Assembly (NCBI GenBank): GCA_040954595.2
Contig: CM082584.2
Location: 8,571,146 to 8,635,145 of the forward strand
Length of the DNA stretch: 64,000 nucleotides
Direction of reading: 5' to 3'
From: Balanoglossus misakiensis
Taxonomy: Eukaryota > Animalia > Hemichordata
Shown: piece by piece, positions 23,816 to 35,316 of the stretch
Numbering within the stretch: position 1 is the first letter of the stretch
Layout: each line of letters begins with the position of its first letter
The notes under the pieces: model-generated
The model's input: only the letters and a program-made list of their open reading frames with translations
Databases searched by the model: none
What the model was told of the DNA's origin: nothing
Translations under genes and position numbers: made by a program

Positions 23816-25568
23816 CTTTAAATGCTGAAGTTCCAGCAATGGCTGAATTTTGGTATCACAATACTCCCTATCTACTTATTCTGTTCTACAGATTTACAAA
23901 ACAGGTCACACGAAACTATACACAACTCACCGCTGAAGCGACCAATTTTCAATCAGATAGGTGGTAATACCAAAAACTTGGCAAGCATTCAAAATGTCAT
24001 GTGATATAATTGATTTGTACTACGTGCACATACACCCGGGTCTTGAAGACTTTACAGGTGAAATCAAAGGTCTGACACTTGAACACAATGAACATTCTTG
24101 AATGGCATGGAGCAACAATATAACATGTCATGCATGTCAATAGTTTGTTAACAGAGTGCCCCACTTTTGTTGAGATGAAAAATGTACGGTCATGCCAGAC
24201 ACAATGTGCAAGTGTTAACAAAATATATGAGTAGCTCTTCAAGGAAAACAAAAATCGATACGTTGTAAGACAGCATATTTATGCATTTTCTAAATTTTAG
24301 AAAATACACAAATCTGCTGTCTTATATAAATTTATATGGAATCGATGCATAGATTCAAACTGAACTGACTATAAAACATAATGACGTTGCCACCTTGGCA
24401 CAAAGACACCTGTAGACATATAAATTGACACACCAGTTTCTTATCTTAAAACAACTACTCTAATTAGTGATATACATGTATTTTTCAAATTACAATATGC
24501 TTGGCCTGAACCCAGCTCACTGATTTGCTGGAGGCCCAGGTTTATATCCTCAACTTGAAGACCTGAACCCTGAACAGTTAATAATTAAAAACTAACCAAA
24601 ATAGAACACATAAAAATAGAACGCGCCTAAATAGAAAACACTTTATGAATTCTACTTGCAGTGGCATAAAATCGCACGACTTTAGAAATTCTAGAACATG
24701 TTTACACAAGCGCTACTGGCTTGTTCTGGAAGAGTGAGCGACGAGGCCCTAAGACCTCTCGGGTGAAAATTAGCAACTTTGACCCCGCACAAGTCTCAAT
24801 GCCCCAGTGAGCAATTTGTTAGTTGGTCTATAATGCTTTATTCCGCCATCCAACCCGAGTTATTAGTGTTTTTGGTTTGTTATTAGCTCACGTGTTCAAA
24901 TTGATGTCTTATCAATAGTGAAACACGACACTATATGATAGTGCTGGAAATTCACTAAGTGCACCACAGACAAAAGAAAGCAGTTTTATAAAATCAAATC
25001 ATATTTCAGGTTTTTATTTTCAGTAAATATGTACAAATCCATGTAAGTGTTGGCATAGAAAAAAATTATACACATAGAGATCACACAAAATGGGGAGTCT
25101 TTAAGGTCATTGTTTATTGGCTAAATCTGGGATTTGCATGTCAATAGCAATAGAACAGGTGTTCACATTATATCATGTACATGTAATTCGCGTAGGCTCT
25201 CATCATTTTGAAATCACTTTTTGACTTCCTCAAGGTAGAGAATATATGGTTTTCAAGTCTCCTCTGTTTGAGGTCAAAATATACACCCAAAACACAGGGT
25301 CAGTTATTATTCATTGTCAGGATTGTTGAATACTGTACGCTTGTACCATGCCATCCCACCAGCATACATGTACAAGCAGTGTTTGACTTTCACAATTTTC
25401 CAAACATATTGCAACGATCTACAGTTCAAGTACAAGCTTGTCACAACCATGTCCACACAGCATTCATGTGTTCCAAGATCAAATGTCCAGGATAATCCAC
25501 TGATACACACCAGGTGCACATTCTGTCTTGTTGGTTACTTCTTCTTTTTCCACAGAATGCAACATAAT

Positions 25569-27724
25569 CTAAATCTGTTGTTCATCGAGTTTATTGGTCC
25601 ATTCAACGAGGTCGTCCACTTCTTTTTCCCAGGGTTCCTCAGCATGGTGTTCTCCCTGCTCACTCTGTGCAGACGATGGCGGTGGCGCTGAATACGGAAA
25701 TGACAAAAAAAATGCTCAGTCAGACTGCTATTTCTGTGGACAATCCTCGTTTTTCTAAGATTTACATCAATTTGGAGGCTACAATAAACAAATCCGTGTT
25801 TTCATTCTTACCGCCAACTTTTTCATGAGGTTTCTTCTGGAAATAAATTCTTTTCATTTTATGAAGCTGTTCCATCTTCTTACTTTGAAGTTCTTGGGGC
25901 GACATTCTGGGAGCAAAGTTCCCATACATCAGAGAATTGTGCCTGTAATGAAAATGGATGTTCATGTATTTGGTTAGCACAATACTCCCTCAAACATTTG
26001 TACTTGTTAACCCTTTCACCCCCGTTTCCCTCTACGGAGGTCCAACTTGACCACAGAGAACAATGGATCCGGACCAAACCATGGTGGCGAAAGGGTTTAA
26101 AGATCTGTCCGAGACCCAAATAACTTGTACTTACTCCTGTAACTGTTTCTTCATCTGCACTTGTAAATCTTCAATGGGTAGACCGTAATGTGCTGACTGC
26201 AACTTGGGGTCTCCCTTGATTGCTTCTAATACTGTGAGAAATAAATGAAAATAAGTATACAATGGGACGAGAAGAATAAATACAAAACAAAGTGCAGACA
26301 CAAGAACATAAATAATCAAAATGAGACAGATACAACCAACTGAAGACTTGAGATGCAAGTTTAAATGCAGGACTGTATACACTTCCTATATGTGGTATCT
26401 GGATTGGAAGAAAGTATGCCTGGATCATTGAACCACTAGTAACTCACATGGATTTTTCATTTCTGTATTTGGTTTGGATGTTGCGATCCCACGCCAAGTC
26501 GTGTAGTACTCATCAAAGGATATGCGGAACAGTCGTCTCGTCGAGGGTGCCAACACTTCCTGCCTGGTAACGCCTGTGTCTTTGCCAAAATGGCTCTCAT
26601 CATCTTTGTGTACGCTCAAACCAGCTGGAAATGTTACAAATGGGTTTACTAGTGAGATAAGGTGAACTGAATTTTGGTTATTCTTGCCAACAAGCTTGCA
26701 TTCTTAAAGAAATGAATGGGAATTTTTTTTATTACACATTGTACTCTTTAATGTGATTGATTCACTGTTCAGCAGCAAACCTGCCAGGAATCCCTTGACA
26801 TCATACTCACAATGAAATCTCTTGCTGGCAGCCACACACTGCAAAACCAAGTCTCTGTATTTGGACGGTTTCTTTGTAAACAGGTAAGCCGCATCGTCAT
26901 TGATGGCAGACTCTAACACTGGGTTACTTAAAAGATTCTACGGGGAAAAAGAAAGAGACGGTGATGTTAGACCCAAGATGGCGCTATTTTCAACTACAAG
27001 TATACAAGTCAAAAGTGCATCAGAAACACATCTTCTTACCTGCAGAGTTAATATGATAAACTGTACACTATATTTCTTGTCCCACGCATCTATGTTGTCC
27101 AAGAACTCGACGCATGGCTGACCGGTCGTCATGTCAACTGCAATGAAGAGAGATACAATTCAAGTAAAGATCTACAGGTATGTCATGATTATACAATTTG
27201 CATGAAGAAAATTCGACTCTCACAGCTCCTAGGTTTGTGCATGGGTCTCATCTCATTGCCAAAAACTGAAGCGAAGTTTGCAGATGATAGGGCACAGTGG
27301 GAGAACAGACATTGATATGCACGGAAAGAAGATTCTGTTCCACAGTTCTACTTACTGTTTGGGTGGAATGGGATGGTGTGGAACATGACCTTGGGAGGGG
27401 TGGCGTCATAGTCCTCTGAAAATCTCAGCAGCACTGTGAAGATACCACCTTCCCACAGTGTGTCTTTCAAACCACTGATCTTGACATTCCATTCAAAGTA
27501 ATTGTCGTCATTGATTTGTATTTCTACCCCCTGTTGAGAAACCAATTTAACTGCATTAAATCACTCTGTCTGTAGCCAATATAATTAACACCAATGGAAA
27601 CGCTATTGTTCTCAGTGGTCAGATGGTGGGGGGAGGGGCAGTAACAATTTCCACTTACCCATACTGGTTCTTTCTGCAGTAATCTGTGTTGATTTTCTAG
27701 GAGCATGTACGCCCTACAATGCAT
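25569..27724 (-). CDS. UBE2U: Ubiquitin-conjugating enzyme E2 U, 8 exons, ~329 aa
   Basis: Exons 27659-27724, 27356-27530, 27040-27137, 26811-26937, 26448-26624, 26135-26231, 25812-25942 and 25569-25687 are in frame. The MHCRAYMLL N-terminus, TIPFHPNIDMTTGQPCVEFLD catalytic Cys motif and C-terminal WEKEVDDLVEWTNKL resemble vertebrate UBE2U. Confidence 0.93.
26011..26095. mobile_element. 85-bp piggyBac-like MITE (copy 2) in UBE2U intron
   Basis: TTAA-CCCTTTCACC...GGCGAAAGGG-TTTAA, with the same length and internal motifs (GAGGTCCAAC, AAACCATGGTGG) as copy 1. Confidence 0.75.
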
Positions 27725-29164
27725 CTTGGTATTGCCTTGTGTCACACATATACTGAAATCTACAAACATAAACATGGAAAAGACGCCATGTCAAATTCCA
27801 GTCAATGCTTATGTTGGACAAGTCATTTGACACGTTAGGATGTTAGGAGGGTTGTTTGATGCGGATCCGGAGCCCTGCCTGGGGCTGTGGATACGCAGCA
27901 AGACTAGAGGCTTGCAATATTGCAATGCTAGTGCAGTAGTGGGTTGCGGATCTGCGATTCAGCGGATGGGACACACCAAACTTGTTACTGTATACACCGA
28001 AAAATAAATCATTTGGTCGTTTTTAAAGTGGCGTGAACTGGTGTTTGGTAATGCTATAACACGTACCTCTGGCTTTACGAGACCAAAATCTTTCAAAAGT
28101 CACATATTCGCTTCCTTTCACAGGTTACCAAAGTGTACCAATTTATTGTTGTCTTGTTGCCATACAATGTGTATTTGTTCGTTGTTTCTTTTCTTTTACC
28201 GTATAGAGGGCGCAGCCAGCGGTGGGATTGGGGCAGGGGACCAGACTAGAACGTGAGGTGGTATAACTAAAGTGCAATCAACAACCGTTATTTCATATCA
28301 ACGTCGAAATCTCCGGGCGTAACATTTTTTTAAAGAAATTGTGATACCTAATACTTCCACCCATGCGTGCGTGGTTGGGGTGATAGAGTGTCATCAAAGT
28401 ACAACCGAAGTTCACTGTCCCCCCAAAACAAAAACATCTTGACACCGTACGTATCCCTTGTATGCATATTGATCCCACAATATGCGAATCGAGTCAGTCT
28501 AGACTTCAGAAACATGTATTTATTCATATGTAAATAAGATCATTGAACAGACCTGACCGACATGAACTACGAAATACAAAAGACATCAGTACAGAAGTCC
28601 AATATTACTTGTTAATTATTGTGAAGTCGACTTTTTTTGCAAAAAATCAACATTCTTAAGGAATACGAAACACCCGACTGGTCCGATCGTATTTTTTTCC
28701 TTTTAAAGAAATAACTTTTCAAGTTGGACTACAGTTTGATAAGCTTGCTCAGCGGAGATAGATAATTAGACAATGTGAAATAATGAAATTAATTGTTTTA
28801 CCATCATTATTTTATAAATCTTTACGTTGACTTGGCTCGACGTCTGAGTTGTTTACTAGTATGTCGAAAATCATGTCGTCTGGGATTTTGGACAACCAAT
28901 GCGCGACTCCAGCACATGGGTGATAATTATCCAGATTTAACAGGTGGTTTTTGTCGCGTTTACGTATGAAAGGGAACGTGTTGCGCTCTCATAGGTAGTC
29001 TAATTTCGTGAAGAACATTATCCAATGAAAACCCAGGTCACTTTCTGCGCGCTCCAACGATGACTGCGTCTGTATGCTAATGTTACACGTCACACGCGCG
29101 TTGATAAGAGCGCGATATTTGAGTGGACGACATTCTGTCTGTCGTTTGGAAACTCAATATTTTC

Positions 29165-31745
29165 ATGAAGATTTTAGAGGTTCCGCCTACTAAAATGAAT
29201 AAGATTGATCCGAAACTTTTCTCGAGTCTCTCTTTGGAAGACTTGCACCGCTACAGAATGTTTTTTCCTGGCCCTGACCAGCTCTGCGTGAAAGACGATT
29301 GTAGTTGCGAATACAGACGAGACGGAGATTTGGACGCTGGCGACGGCTATGGCGACAGTGAACATGAAAATTCTGGTGGAAATTCATCAGAAAATTCGAG
29401 GTGAGTCTAAATGATATGATTGCAACAGATAACGTTTGTTGCATAAAACTTGAAAAGTGACTTGGACGTGATCAGCCAACTTTCGAATGTCTGCGAATGC
29501 TGTGTTGCTCATCGTGCGACATGCGATCAGCAGTGGCCGGAGTGTGTAATGATATACACACTGGCTGCAATGGACGACAATAATTTCTCACTGTAAATTT
29601 CAAGCGTCAATTAGAATTTTTATTCACTCGTAGCGTTGAAATCTGCTGTTGGTGGCATGAAATACGATGGGATCACATAGAGTAACACTGAGACGATGGT
29701 TCATGTAGAAAAGTGTTATGATAACAAGCCTTGGGACTTTAACTCGTAAATCCGAAATCGCGTTGGAGTGGATCGCAGTAATTGATCATGAATATTCATA
29801 TCAATATTCGGGGATGTTCTTATGGCGGAATCAATATAAACAAAGTAAACTTCACGGTATCTGTTATCAGATACACGAAAACTACCATAATAAAATGTAC
29901 AGCTAGATGTGTTTTGCATTTTCTTCATTTTAAAAATCATATGTACCATTTCAACCTTTGGGGCTGAACAAAGTGACCAAAGAACGAAATGGACGCGTTA
30001 TAGAGATGTGATCTTGACTGTCGATCATATACTATATACACATGTATTATTATTCCGAAGTGATCCAACTCTATGGTTATTATATAGCCGTTGATTTTAC
30101 CAGATATAGTTTGGATGTCGTCTAGATTAGTTTTCATCTCAATTTTCAATAACTCCTCTGTCTCCCCCGACAGATCCGCCTTGGATCGCCATGACATGAG
30201 CAATAGTGATGAGCAATCGGCGTCCAACGGCGAGGGTGCCGAACTTGGCAAGAGACGGGCCACCAGAAAATCCTTGCGACCCCTCAGGAGCGCAACCAGA
30301 AACGACCCTTTCTTCCGTGGTGTCACTTTCAAAGTGCAACCAAACTTGAAGCGCAAGCATGAGACTGGACAAAGGGGGAAGCAGCTTGTTATAGATTCGT
30401 TTTTCAGGTAAAGATCCCTCAAAACTGACTTCGTCCTTGTTACTGCAGCTTAAAGTCGCTTGGGCTGTATTTCTCATAAGGTTTGCGCAGCATCAATTGT
30501 CACCATATCACTTGGGCTAAATTTAACCTTTTGATTCAATAAACAAAAACTACCAAACTGAATAGGTCGTTTTGTTATCTGAGTGACGCGATGTTCTGAA
30601 ATGTCAGGTGTTTGATAAAAAAAAAAAAACAATACTATTTTGCGTATTACGAATATGATGCACCTGCTGTTTTCCAAACTGTTTTGTAAGTGTTCTTTAT
30701 AGATTGCTGGTAGGAAATGTTAACTTTCTTTTTCACTTGTACATTCTTATTTTTTTTTCTCTCCACAGTGTGAGAAAACGAACTCGCCTGAATGGGCACA
30801 TGATGGTCAACAAGGGAAGGCGACGACGGACACATTCGGGTCTGCTGGAATCGGAGAGCAGTAGCGGGTCGGACCAAGAGATCAAACCGATCTATTTTCC
30901 ACCAGCTCGCTCCTCTTGCGGTATGGAATTGTAATAATTTTTCTTCCATTACGCTGCAACAATAGTTTGGGCTTTTTTTTGCAAGAAATGAGTAAATGAG
31001 CTGTGGGGTACGACAAATTTGTTGTCAGATTTCGCTCAATTCCAGTACTCTATACGCTGTACATTTGACGTTGGTATCACGTTGATATGCGAGAACTTGA
31101 AAACAGCGAGCTCGAATATTTTCTCAATGACGTATTTCAACGAAAGAATTCAATGTATACCATTAGATGATCAACTTGCACGCAAATTGAAAGAGTCCGT
31201 TCTCTCCACAGTCAAGCAATGCGAGTCCTGTGGAACGAGGTCCACGCCCCTTTGGAGAGACGCTGAAGATGGAACTCCGCTGTGTAATGCATGTGGAATA
31301 CGGTAAGCAGTTTTATGTTCAATAGACCATTTTCAGAACTTCGTGAGATGCTGCGAGATCAAGGATCGCGGCTATAGGCAGTTTATGGGAAGGTATTCTC
31401 TCGACACATGACAAAAAAATCCCAGAAAAAAACACATGGCCCATGATCGTGTATGTATGCCCTGTGGTTCTCGTACCATCTTCGATCGCAGTTGGCCGCA
31501 AATATTTAAAAAACAAGAGTATGGTGAACTGGGTAGCAAAGAGGGCGCCATTCGCACGACTATCCCCTATTTCCATTTCGCCCACCAGGTACAAGAAGTA
31601 CCGAGTGCGCTGTTCCTATTGCTGGCACATCCCAAAGAAGGATGGCAAATCCTATCCGACCTGCGCTCGCTGTGGAGACCTCTTTCGCATCGCGGGCACG
31701 TCACGTGATCGGGAACTAGCCACGCCCCTGGCCCAACTTTTCTAG
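29165..31745 (+). CDS. ZGLP1: GATA-type zinc finger protein 1 (ZGLP1/GLP-1), 5 exons, ~289 aa (start codon uncertain: 29165 or 29195)
   Basis: Exons 29165-29400, 30174-30407, 30769-30920, 31212-31302 and 31589-31745 are in frame. The DPFFRGVTFK motif and CESCGTRSTPLWRDAEDGTPLCNACGIRYKKYRVRCSYCWHIPKK...CARCG match the ZGLP1 signature. Confidence 0.92.
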
Positions 31746-32868
31746 TCTGGAAGCTTTGGATGTGTATGGCAACAATATATGTAAAGAAATTCACCATACA
31801 CGGATGTTAATAACAAAATATTTGGAAATATTGTACATATATGCAAAACCTATTCAATAGGGTAGAAAATTCACTTGTGATGGCGAACTTTGTAGCTTTG
31901 CGTTCGTATATTTATAATTGGTAGATGGTTTTCCTTGTGCGACTAGGTTTTATAATTGTTTTTACTGCTGCGTTTTTTGCATTCTTGTTATAAAAGTGAG
32001 AATGAAAGCGTGATTTTTAGGTATTTTTTATTTGCATTCATTGGGTTTAGTTTTGTGACTAATATAAAGTTGAAAGTGTGAAACTTGCTTAATTTGAAAA
32101 CGCTAATCTAGTCGTATTTCTGCAGATAAAGATATTCTTTATTTCTGTAGTCATTATAGGATTTTCAGTCATCGTGAATAATCAATTTTGCTTTTGTTGG
32201 CTGCAAAATTTGATTTCTTTTCCGGTAGTCCCGGGCTTCGGTTTTCTGGTAGACAGGTCAACAGAATCTCGATTGCTGACTTAAGATGGATGGGTCGACA
32301 CACGATTGTCCAATGTGATATTACGTTGCGCGTGTATGTAGAAAAAAAGTTTGTAAATTATTTTAGGCCGCAAAAGACAAATGTCAAATGCGGAAGGTGA
32401 CACTTCAAGTATTGTTTTCTGTGGTCAGATATTGTATATTTGACAATTGCTATCAAGGTAGATTTCTGATACGACATTATGGTTGATATTTGACGTAGTA
32501 TTGTTCAGTTTTACCTTCATTTTGGTCACGGTCACAATTCTTTGGCATACGGTTTCTGTCTCTAGATATGTACTCGCTCTCGTAGAAACAACGACCTAAT
32601 AATCTGCACCCAACTCCGACAAAATTATTCATGAAACGCAGCGGCACAGGATTAACAATATATACTCGTGCAAGTCAAAAACATTTTATATAATGCACGC
32701 AAATATCAAAGATCCCGCTATGTATATACCGAACAAGATTTCAACTAATTGTACAGTTGGCAATTGAAACACAAAACGGAGAAACTTTTAACAGCGTCTC
32801 TTCCATGTATACTTTCAAAACCCGTCCAGTCTCGGGGACATACTAGTAGTATAAAATATAACATGTAC

Positions 32869-32992
32869 AATTGAACAGATGATGATATCCAAGTTAAAAA
32901 CAAAATCAGTCAACCCGATTTTCAAATATTCTGTTAAATTGAACAGATGATATCCGCGTTAAATATAAAACAAAATTTGTAAACCCGATTAT
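32869..32992. repeat. Degenerate ~68-bp direct duplication
   Basis: AATTGAACAGATGAT..ATCC..GTTAAA..AACAAAAT...AACCCGATT occurs at ~32869 and ~32937. Confidence 0.6.
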
Positions 32993-33609
32993 CGAAACAG
33001 CCCTTTTTCATTTTTTGTCAATATTTACGATTTATGCAAAATAGTTCAGAAAATGATTTAATGCAGAAGTTTTACAGTTTTCTTTCAAAGTTAATGACAA
33101 TCTGTCAGCATAAGATATCATCTCATAGATATTCAAAAATTCAAAACTATGTGAATAGGCAAAACGCCCAGTTTTGCACAATATATTCGTCTTGACCGTC
33201 AGTGGCTATATTTAGATGAATTTATAATATTAATTTCGACGTGCCTTATTTTGCAAATCTAATACTGCTGTTCGTTTTGCAAAGTGTAGATTTTGTTAAA
33301 GTTGTGAAACTAACGTTTAAATTTGGCTATATACAGATTTTTATTACTTATATTTTATTGTTAGTTTAGTAGGTGTTCCTTTTTTCAGACTTTTTGGCGT
33401 TGAGCCATTTATAATGAATATTTTGGTTGTATATAGAAACGTTTGTTTTAGACAACGTTGTCCTCTTGTTTATAATTGCATTTAATGCGTCTTCGTCTAT
33501 AATGTAGTCACTTAGTACACGGTGAATAAAACATTTCTGGAAGTGAAACATTTTTCTTGGGCGGATTTTTTGTGTCGTTTGCAAATAAACAATCACCGTG
33601 CCAAATTAC

Positions 33610-33610
<1 letters not shown>

Positions 33611-33682
<72 letters not shown>

Positions 33683-33715
33683 TACATACATACATACATA
33701 CATACATACATACAC
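33611..33715. repeat. Compound microsatellite (TACA)n(CA)n(TACA)n
   Basis: Directly visible in the sequence. Confidence 0.97.
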
Positions 33716-35316
33716 AAGACTAGGAATATTTTTGAAAATGTGAACAAAGGTTTTATTACAATAATGCTTGTTCGTTTTCGAACTAGTTCCACTCAACTGT
33801 AAATGTGGGCAACAATAAATTGGGTGAAATTTTAACAAATTCTTGTGGAGACAATAAATACAAGATGTTGTCATGAGACTGTGCAATTCATTTAATTCTC
33901 AGCAATACACCGTTTTTAACAGAATATGTGCAAGTCCAAATTATTATATTTCACAGGTTCATTTATTTAACGTGAGACATCGGTGACCAAAGTACGGTTC
34001 TATGAAATCCCATCTTTTAAATTCAATTAATTAATTAACAAGTCTTAATATGCAAAATTACAACTGACCACCTGTATTGGTAAAGATATCCGGTCAGTTA
34101 AAGAGTGTCCTGGTATTGGACACTCCTGATTGGCTATCCAAAATTCTACCTTGATAACCTGAATAACTCTTAACCAATCAGCAGCTGACTTCAGGAGATG
34201 CATAAAAATGTACAGAAAAGCCTATTTCTAACCATGTACAAACAATTCAAGGCTTCTTAGACCAGGGAAGTGTTTATTACATATTGCCCTAAATGATAAA
34301 TTGCAACTGACTGTTTCAACTATTCTTTGTCAAAAATCAACGTGTTCATTCAGTGCTATAGGCCAACACAGGCCCAAAACAAAATCGCACTATTCAAAGC
34401 TTACAACCACTCTCACAAATCCTGTGTTTTTCATCAGGAATCCGTAACTCAAAAGTTGCTGTTGCCTTCTGAAAGATAATCTGGCAAGATTTCATAATAA
34501 CGAGTTTATCTATCCACAGCAACAGAAATTTCCATAAAATTTCAGAATAAATTTTTTGGCAACAGCAGTAACTATAAATTGCTGTACTGGCGCCATGAAT
34601 GTTTTTGGACAGTCAGCCTAATAACGCCCAAACTCTGGACGTTGATTGGCCAGCTCATTAATTGACACATTCTTATTGGTCAGTTACATATTACTCAAGA
34701 AATTATTGGCTGCTTCTGTAATCAAAGTGAGTTCTGATTGGCTACAGATCATCTAGCACACACGTTCGCTTTTTAAATACTAACAGTACCCAGTGAGAAA
34801 CCCTTCTCACAAAACTGTGTTCGAGAAAAGAAAAAAAAAGAAAAAAAAGCCATTAGCAAAATATTTTTCAATGGAAACAAAAGTGAAAATGCTTAAAATC
34901 TTTTCTTTATTATACAAGTTCCAGAAAGTAACTCAGTTGAAATTAAATAATATAAGTATTGTTCTTTTTTTATAAGTTAATGTATGGCAAACATAACTTA
35001 TAAAAATTCAATTTACAGGGGAAAAATGTACTCCTAAATAATGTCATGTTTTCTGTTACTGGCAAGGTATGGCTGCTATCCTGTCCACCCCTATTTACGA
35101 AGTCTTTAAGTATGATCCATATTAGTCTTTCTTATAGGTGGGTTGATCTAAGTACTGGGAAAATGGGGATGGACAGGTTAACTCTTAACTGAAAAAAAAG
35201 TTAAATTGTGTTTGGAGGTATATACATTTCACAGAGTTCGCAAAGGGTGTATAAATATAATATAATATATATATAAAATGTACTGTTTGGTTTGTGTTAT
35301 TCGGCGGTAGGTTACT

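Noticed and set aside
28861-28923. Short ORF MSKIMSSGILDNQCATPAHG as the first ZGLP1 coding exon
   Set aside because: The available donor phase does not match the downstream acceptor at 29178. It may be a uORF, but this is unsupported.
33522-33886. ORFs with HTYI / YVCM repeats
   Set aside because: Translations of the (TACA)n microsatellite.
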